Shown here in pieces: positions 55,201 to 64,000 of a stretch of DNA of 64,000 nucleotides; within the stretch, counting starts at the first letter, position 1, and the number at the start of each line of letters is the position of its first letter. The translations under genes were made by a program, and so were the position numbers. Below the pieces are notes generated by a model that ran no database searches, was not told the origin of the DNA, and saw only the letters and a program-made list of their open reading frames with translations. The stretch covers positions 28,954,001-29,018,000 of the forward strand of contig JBITNC010000001.1 of assembly GCA_050084985.1 (NCBI GenBank), in the 5' to 3' direction. The stretch is from Nageia nagi (lineage: Eukaryota > Plantae > Pinophyta).

Positions 55201-58200
55201 ATCCTTAAAATTTTAATCCATAAATACCTTAGAAGTAAACCTTAAGGTTTGGCTGAAAACATAAGATTTTAAGGGAAAATCAAAACGTTCATAAAGGGAC
55301 AATGTTTTTTGAATAAGTTCCAGAAAATAGATAAAAAAGAATAATATTTGAATGATCATCAACAAGGTGAAAATCAACTCAAAATAACAACGAAAGAATT
55401 GACCTGGAAAGTAGAATGGAAATACATAAAAAATACAAGAATTATCTTGCATAAAATGTCGAGGCACACTATTCAATTGAACAATCATAACCAAATCCTT
55501 CATAAAGATGGGAGAACTAACATTGGACAAAACAAAGATAATTAGAAGAAAATAGACACCAAAGAGAATCTGCTAAGCAATAAAATCATAAGGATTTCAA
55601 TGTTCAATCAATGACCAAAAAGAAAAAGAAAACTAGATATGACAAGCATAAGATCAGGGTAAATGAAAAGAATTGAAAGATAACAAGAAAAGATACAGCA
55701 ATAAATCTAACATATGAAAACCCACAATCAGTCTAGCGGAATATGTATTTCTATACAGCCAGAATTTCAAGAAAACATATAGCAACGTAATAGGCTTACA
55801 TGGAGGTCAAAGCAGAATAATGGATCATGATTCTATTGTAGGCCACTGTGGTAAAGAGTCAAAGATACAAAAACAGTCTACTCAAAGTGAGTCCAGTAAA
55901 TTGATATATAGGTTGATGATCAAACAAGGCTACATTTGAGCAAAACCTTACATACATTTGCCCATTCTATAAATGGTATGCCACAAGCATTCTCTGGAGC
56001 AAAAACATGTTGCCTTCCATGCAGAACCTATGCCTAATGGCTGTACAAGGGCACCGAGTGCAGGCCCTCAAATCTTGGGAGTCTTGAATGTGGAAGTCCT
56101 ATAAGGAGACATGCACAGATCATGCTACATGCAATTCTAAATGGTGACATGTAAAGATCATACTGCATTGCATGCAAATTGCTCAAGGACCAAAGAGCAA
56201 CATGATTTCAACAAAGTGTATTGAGTTGTATTCTCAAATGGATGATATCGTGCCAAAAACAGTCATAGAAAATATTAGGTTTAAAGCAGGTCACATATCC
56301 AAAGGAATGAAAGGTTTCAATTCCTTATAGGAAATTGAAATTAGAGTAGCTATCCTCAAGAGAACAAATCCATAGAATGTTACCGAATATTAGAACAATA
56401 GAAAGATGAAATATCATGGAATTAGTTAATATTAGTAAAGGGAAGAAATTGAAAGTAAATAGCTGAAGTTGATCTTCTAGGTCCCAGCCTATTCAATATG
56501 CTGAAAGACTGCATGAAAATTCCTTGATACAGTGATTGAATAAACCTCATTTTCAAAGCATTGATAAAGTTAATGACAAATTGGACCATGCCAATGCATC
56601 TAAGCCTCTTGTGTACTTGTTGCAAAAGAGAAGAAAAAGGTGACGAAATGGGAAGACCATCATTTGAACACTCCAATAACATCTTTTTCTAGTCATATGC
56701 TTACTGTGGAACTTATATACAAGAACCACAGTTCTATTTCAAACTTGTTCTCCTTCCATGCTAGCACCAAAGGTGGTGACCCGAGAAAACCATAATTTAA
56801 ACACTCCCTTAACATCTCTTTCTAGAGTCATATGCTTGCAGTGAGGCTTGAATACTAGTACTGCTTCAGTTCTATTTCAGATCTCGTTTGTGTACTAGTT
56901 ATACCATGTGCACATGACAAAATTGTACACAGGCATTTAATTATTTTAAACAATAGAGTATGTGGAAATCCTACAGGTATTGCTACTTCAAATTTATTTT
57001 CTTTTAAAACAAAACAAAAAATGATAATGGACCTCTAAAGGATTGCACCTCCAAAATTGTGGTTTAGAACTTGGCCACCTTCGAAGCATATAGACGGGAA
57101 GGAAACCAGTTACATGGAATTGGAATAGTAACATTTATCTTTGGAGTATGTGCGTCAGCGCGATTCAGTTTCTACATAATATAGTAATAAGACTGATGCA
57201 TCACTGAGCAGAACCGTATGGATAGATTGACAGATAGATAGTACATGTAATAAATTTATTCAGTTTGACCGATTCAGTTCTATTTCAAACTTGTTCTCCT
57301 AAGTTTCGATACTAGTACCAAAGGCGGTGATCTGGCAAAATCATAGTTTAGATACTCCCGTAACATCTCCTTCTAAAGTCGTATGCTTGAGTGGGACTTG
57401 AATACAAGTACCGCTTCAGTTCTATTTCAATAGTTATACTGTGTACAGAGTTGTACGCACAGGCATTTAATTATTTGAACAATGATGTATGTGGAAATCC
57501 TACAGGCGTTGCTACTTAGAATTATCTTCTTGCAAAGACAAAACAAAAAATGCTAATGAACCTTTGGAGGGTTGCAGCTCCAAATGTGTGGCTTAGACTC
57601 GGCCATCTTCGAAGCATACATATATGGGAAGGAAACCAGTTGTTATAACGGAATTGGAATAGTGAAATTCTACATATTGAAGTGATACGATTGATGCATC
57701 CCAAATCTGAGCTATATATAGAGAGATTGACAGATAGTACGTCTCAAACTAACTCAGAATTTATCTCAAAGGACTACAGAACGCGTAGGTACTTAAACAT
57801 GTGCATCACACTTCTGTTAAGAGAAAAGTTATACAGAAAAACAAGATGGAAAGTTTAGCTACTTAGAAAAGAATTTTGTAAACAAAAAAACCATAAAAAA
57901 AAGTACTTACGACAATTTAGTTCCAAGTGTGGCATGAAGCTTGGTGAGTGTGCTAAAAAACAGTTCCTTGTTGATCACAACTTCTCCATGGGTTGCAAGA
58001 GGTAAAGGATAAGACACCTGCAAGTTGGCTGGTGAAGGATCGCTTGTATACACATGTACTGAATGAGAACTGAGCTGCATTTGATTTGTCAAAGTGGGAA
58101 AAGTGGATGCTACAGCTCCTGGATAAAAAGGTGTTAAGTCTCCTTTCATGTGTTGTTGACATTCGGGACATGGCTGTCGCTGATGTTGAAGGGGTGTATG

Positions 58201-58809
58201 ATGTGGATGTTGGTGGCTGTAATGAACTTGATGGGGGTGATTATGATATTGATGTGTGGGTTGCTGGGTGTATTGCGCATGAATGGGATGTTGGGGATGT
58301 GGATACTGAAGAGACAACTGTTGCTGATTTTGGGTTGTCACTTCATACTGATCTTGATGTTGCGTTGTCAATTGCTGCTGTGCTTGTTGTTGGTGTTTTT
58401 GCTCTTCTTTTCCAGCTCCGTACGCGTCATGTTGATGCTTTAGCTGAAATTGGTTTGAAGATTGCTGCTGATGCTGATTTGGATATTTTTCCTCTTCTTC
58501 ATGCTGGTGCTGCTGTGAGCGTTGCTCCTCATTTTCATGCTGCTGTGGGCGTTGCTTCTCATGCTCATGTGGATGCCGATGCCGGTCGGGGTGTTGGCGT
58601 TCATGCTGATCCTCATGGTAATGTAGATGCTGATGATGCTCCGGCTGATGTGGCTTCGTCTGTTGATCTCGCTGATGCTGATGTTTGAATAGATGATCTT
58701 CTTGATTTTGACTTGGGCGCTCTTGATCTTTCTCTTGTTGTTGTGGGTGGTCTTGTTGGTAACCAGGGACTTCCGAATGAGGAGGACTTGAAGAGGATTC
58801 TAGAGACAT
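52227..58809 (-). CDS. ARID-HMG DNA-binding protein (HMGB9/HMGB10/HMGB15 family), ~629 aa. Exons 58809-57911, 54169-54091, 53404-53224, 53114-52992, 52919-52528, 52442-52227
   Basis: ARID: YPLPLATHGEVV..LFFSTLTKLH..LGTK, IPRIGGRDLDLHLLYKEVTAHGG, KWKAI..FDFPPTTTSASHVLKKHY..LLLHYEQVY; linker GFIEGKFEHGYL; HMG box DPKAPRQNKTAYNFFFAEQRARLK…W; splice phases sum to 1890 nt. Confidence 0.93.
56729..57740. repeat. Tandem duplication of ~0.5 kb inside ARID-HMG intron 1
   Basis: cagttctatttcaaacttgttctcct at 56729 and 57276, with collinear similarity through gagattgacagatag. Confidence 0.85.
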
Positions 58810-59885
58810 ATTGGAAAAGGAAGTTTAGGACAGAGGACACTAAATATAACACCAGAGGTGATAATTTCCGGGTTCCACACAATAAGTTAAGGCAAAGTAA
58901 GAACACCAACACAGTGGATGGACAAGTCAAAAAAGACAGTATTACTATCCCAACAAAAAAAATAGTGGATGGAAAGGTTTTAAAAAAGGACAGAATGGAA
59001 AGATTAAAAAGAGTTATAGACAGTGACTGCAACACAGAGTAGAGAAAAGTCTTTACACATAAGAGGAACAAGGTATAGTTTCGGAAATTCTATGAAACGG
59101 ACAGTGATGAGACACAGTGGGACCCCGCTCATCAACATTCCCCTTCTCAACCTTGATCTGATGGAATCTTCACCTGATGGGGATTGAGAAAGTGCTTCAG
59201 CAAAGTACGATGCAATAAAATGACCAACAAACCATAGCAAAAAACATGGCATGTGTGCTCATATACACCCACAATTTTGAACAGAACAGTGACAGTCAAT
59301 GCATTCAGAAACAGGCCCACCAGAATAAATCTTCAAATGGGTACCTCAGTAACCTCAAAGACCACTCGAAAATATTTCAAACATGTCCTAAAATTTCCCA
59401 AACGAAGCTCTTTTAGGCACCAAGACACTCACTTCACTCGAACCGCTCACCTCAACAGTTAAAAAAATGATTTTTCAGGACTTCAGGTGTCTCAAAAGCC
59501 TTCATGAAATCGAACTCAACAAAAACAACTCCAAACCCTCCTCATGATCCATGTTTTTATAACCCGATGAACCCCATGGATACCCACCCACCATTGATCC
59601 CACCGATCCAACCCAAAAATAGAAACCTCACCTTACATTTATTAAATCCATCCCAGAAAGGTAAGATCCAATCAATAGAGAAAAATACAAAACATCAAAA
59701 GAAGAGTCGAACCCTAACAGGTGTAGGACCAAATTGAATACCCAAAAAAATGGGTCAGTCCGAATCCCAATCCCCATAACAACCAGTACATCGAAATGCC
59801 TACTCATTAATCCCGAATCTCATTCAATGTGCACCGATAAAAAATTATTTATTAAATTTTTCGAAAAACCGTAGGCCAAAACCCA

Positions 59886-60047
59886 TAACGCCGTTAACTG
59901 TAACGGCGCCGCTGATGACGGCGTCAGTTACCAAGCCAGATATTTGCTGACCGCTTTCTATTTATTCAATAATATAATCTTATGTTATAATGTCAGAATA
60001 ATATACATTACTATTCTTATTAAAATATATAGTAACTATTCCAACGG
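59886..60047 (-). promoter_or_regulatory. GC-rich palindromic cluster with AACGG (MSA/MYB core) motifs upstream of ARID-HMG
   Basis: cgccgtta-actg-taacggcg inverted repeat; AACGG cores at 59891-59895 (minus), 59902-59906 and 60043-60047. Confidence 0.45.
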
Positions 60048-61169
60048 TTTTTAACCTTACCAGGTTTTCAGCTACTTTTATTTATTGCTTTAGTTAAAAA
60101 TATTCGTCGTAAATATTTGATTATATTTAACAATTTAATGTTAATTAATTGAGTTGATAATCTATTTAATTTGGGAACTAATTTATTTTTAATTTAACTA
60201 GGACTTTATAAAGTACCATGGCAAGTTAGGTATTTAATTTGGAAACTGTTTTTCCAAGGTTTTCAAAGCAAATAGTTTTCAAGGTGGGTTTTGGAATTTA
60301 CTTAATTCTGATGAGGTGGAATGGAGTAGCAATGTGGGTCCCACAATTTGCTACATTTAGTCAAGTGAAAATATTTGATTTTGTTTTTATGTGGATGGAC
60401 TCGGATTTTGGGGAAGATGTTTTTAAAAAATTTTAACAAAGATTTTAATGATTGGCGGATCTTCACATGGATCTCAAGCTGTACTATGTTAAAATGGAAG
60501 TGCTTGGGGAATGTGACATATTCCTTCCTATTCGTTGCCACCTTTTTTTTTAAATGAAGTATAAGCTACCACTAACATACTATTTTAATACAGAAAAAGG
60601 CTATTCGCCAATGTATTCCAAACATAAGCATGTTATGGGGACTTGAAATTTCTCTTCTTTTTTTAATTGCCTCAAGATCTCCTAAGTTTTATATAGTCGT
60701 TCATCTAGCATAAAAGGGATGTTTTCAATAAATTAGTTTTATTGTTCGTGGTCAAACATCGTTAGTATTATCAAACATTATTTGTTTCTTGTTTTTCAAT
60801 TTATTAATTTTAAGTTTTTTAAAGATAGATAAATGGTGCAAATGTGTCTCAAAATTAATAAATAAATGGGCCACTTTGATGGTACAAAGATCGAGGTAGT
60901 ACTCCTTTTAGTGTGTGAGAAGTTTATTATAGTTATCAAATAGTTTGAAATGATGTTGATCATAGAAGCAATTAGATGTTTACTATAGATCTTACTTGTA
61001 TCACACATATGACTTAACGTTGAACAATAAAGATCATAAAAAAGGAGGTGTCAGTAGAAAGTTTTATAACGTTTTATATGAAATAACTAAACCTACCAAT
61101 TCTATTGAAATGATAATAATTTACAAAAACATTTTGATAGAATGAGTTTAATATCCCTAAAACATGTTA

Positions 61170-64000
61170 AAATCTCTTAAGTAACTCTCCATAATTGCAT
61201 GGTACCATTATTAACTCTTCGAGCAATCTCACCCATCGATATATGAAATATTGCATGACGTTTCATGCTTCATGACGATAAAGTACAACTCTCCATCTTA
61301 GTCATTTATTTCACCCTAGATTGAATGATCCACCTCATTTTGTAATGGTTAAGCATAACACTTACTTTTAGTCATCCATTTTGCCATCATATCTAACGAT
61401 TGAGTGGGATGCTCCTCACTATAAAGGAGACCCTTGGGTCATTTTCATCCCATTAATCATCATTCAAACATCATTTAAATCGTTCTTGAGCTTTGGAGAT
61501 CATTTTGTGCTTCTCTTTCGATGTTCTTCGTTTGATCCTCTTGTGGGAGCTCGTCATTGGGGTTGAATTCATCATTTTGAGATCATGCATTCATGATCTC
61601 TCCTTGGTTGCTTCTCCTTACGAGTGCTTTGCAAGAGTGTTGTGTGCTTCTCTTCATTTTGTGCTAGAGTATTACACTCAGTTGGATTCCATTGTTAAAG
61701 AGTTGTGCTTTATCATGATATGCATTTTCGTCATTTTGTTGGTGTTATGTTACCCAATTTCATTAGAGCTCGTCACCAAGGCTAGGTTCATCTTTTATTG
61801 AGTTGTGCATCATCGACTCATCCTTAGTTGTTTTGCCAAAATCAATATCAACTTCCATTATTGTTCATTTCTATTAAGTATGGCAAGTGTTTGTCCACTA
61901 TCATTTACATGCTTGTTATTACTTTTGTTATCAATCATTTGAATAGGTTTAGAGGGTTGATTGCTTATCGAGGAAGGTCTTACCTTCAAAAGCTTAGATA
62001 ACTCCCTGAATCATGCATATTTGTTTAAAAGTTTCCTTATTTCCTTGATAATAAATTACAAGTATGAAGAAAGTTAGATCTCACTACAAAATACAACTAA
62101 CAATCGAAATAAAAATGTGATCAAATAGGTAATCCTTGACAACTTAAGCCCAATTTATTTTTGAAGTAAGAATAGATACTTAAATCTTTCATATTCTAAA
62201 ATAATGCATTTATTTCTCTTATATTTTTGGTGATCAAAATGGCACTAGTTTAGTTCTTTTCATTTCTATTACTAGGTTTAATCTTTGCATTAGATCTATA
62301 TTAGCTTGGGTGGGGTTATACTATTGGATTCATATAATTGCATGTTCATCCCTCTTCTCTTCTCCTTTCAAAGCATCATCCCTGTGAATATAATTAAAAT
62401 AGAGAAACTCATTATTCCAAACAAGTATAAATAAGGAGAAATAAGAGTTTCAATTAGCTAAGTCCTCGAACCATTTACTACGATGTGATGAAATAAGGGG
62501 GTAGTCCTTAATACTTTAGGCCTATGAACTACTTACCTCAATGGATTCAAACCCCACACGGTTAGACTATATCATGGACTCATTCACTTTTTTGAGGTGA
62601 AATTATCCATAGGAAGCTATCGATTGTCATCTACCATCTATCACTTAGGTTGGTTAGCCCCAAGGGAATCCTTACTATCCTTTGGATAATAAATGATGTG
62701 ATGTGAGGTATGACCCATAATCTCTCATAATACATGTGATTACACTCATTGGAACCTATGTTAATGGAGATGTTAGTGAAAGTTTGATAAACCTAGCCTA
62801 TAGATTACCAACCTTCCTTATTAAACACCTCACTAGATTCACTCTATGAATATAATCATATAGAATTGCATCAAAATGCATATAATACTTTTTTTATCAC
62901 TCTTATAAATTTGATGCTTATTATATAGTGCAAATTTATTTTTTTCATATTATTACTAGCTTTTACAACTTTGTAATTTTAAGAAGGTAGTACTTATGTT
63001 TCCCTTTATAAGCAACACAAACAAGCTTATCTTAATACATCCCAAGTCATTGTGCCAAATTTCCTTTCATGTTCAAGAAAGAATTTATGGTGAAAACTAA
63101 GTATCAAAGGGAACTCAAAGAGATTTCAAAATCTAATCCAATCAAGTCAACCTCTCAAGCTTCCATCCCTGTGTTAGTTATTCCAACCACACTCCCTTAT
63201 GGGATTATCTCCATAGAAGATGTAGATTCTTACACGCTTGATGAAAGAGCCTTTGATGAAGTCCTATATGCAAGTCTCATAGATTTACACCATTAGATGT
63301 AATCTAGAGGTAGTTTTATTCCTGATGTTGAATCAACTCCCCCATTGGCTAGCACAGTCCCTAGTGTGACTATTGGAACACTAATCTTATAATATATTAA
63401 GTTATATCTATCCTTATCCATGAATGTCAAAAATACTCCTATTGCACTTGTCCATAATCATACATATTTCTTGAATCACAAACTTGAATATTAGTGAATC
63501 CTTTTGCAACCTCAAGTCTTTCACATCCTTTATCAACAACCATTCAAACTGCTCCTTCAAATACCACAACAATACCATCCGTTGTCATCAATTCGAGTAT
63601 GAATGAAATTTTTCAACCTCCCATATCCTTTCCTTTTCATCAAACCAAAACTTGGGCTCAATCTCCTCAAATACCATTGGTCTTATTTATAATCAAAAGG
63701 CCTATTCAAGCCTTGACCAATTCTATTATCCCTTCCTTTCCCATCATTCTCTCACAAATTTTAAATACCCTTCAATTACAAAATTCTCCATATTCTCTTA
63801 TCTTTACTCAAGCTTAGTAGATACCTATCTTCATCATGTCATAATAATAAACCTTTATATCCCAACTACAACCTTAAGTGATCCAACATGCTCCATATCA
63901 AACCCCTCATGTATCCATCATTCCTATATCAAACCATTGCAAATACCACCACCATCTCCTCAAGATAGAATTATGCAAGTGCTTTTAGAAAAGATAAAAA
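61170..64000 (+). mobile_element. Probable 5' part of an Ogre/Tat-like gypsy element (LTR, leader, low-complexity upstream ORF), running off the window
   Basis: LTR-like composition with ctataaa at ~61419; possible degenerate PBS ttttggtgatc at ~62225; P/S/T/I-rich broken ORFs at 63069-63817; no diagnostic domain inside the window. Confidence 0.45.

Noticed and set aside
58086-58688. 200-aa plus-strand ORF rich in V/D/A, and neighbouring overlapping ORFs
   Set aside because: Antisense shadow of the CAR/CAY-codon-rich ARID-HMG exon 1; stop codons are scarce for compositional reasons.
62082-62091. CACTACAAAA as a CACTA terminus
   Set aside because: No matching right terminus or subterminal repeats in the window.

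Overview
AT-rich land-plant nuclear DNA, most likely a gymnosperm (inference from the retroelement types and the decay pattern; there is no direct taxonomic marker). Positions ~3-44 kb are a nested set of decayed transposons: a LINE ORF1 remnant, three Ty1/copia remnants, a CACTA-like insertion, a gag-protease-only Ty3/gypsy element with a duplicated 3' end, a chromovirus 3' end, an Ogre/Tat-like remnant with an antisense plant-mobile-domain ORF, and a 2.3-kb non-autonomous LTR element. Inside this block lies a CpG-retaining ~1.35-kb insert that starts with a 67-bp-arm hairpin and carries a promoter plus two tandem copies of ACC synthase exon 1 fused in one open 122-aa frame. This is the most unusual object in the window. 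There is also a decayed local duplicate of the promoter and exon 1 of the neighbouring gene. Two convergent host genes follow: a conserved plant protein resembling Arabidopsis AT3G04560 (+, 44940-49446, with two mutually compensating frameshifts in exon 4 as sequenced) and an ARID-HMG (HMGB9/10/15-type) gene with a long Gln/His-rich N-terminus (-, 58809-52227). The window ends in another probable gypsy element. All coordinates and alignments were read by eye.
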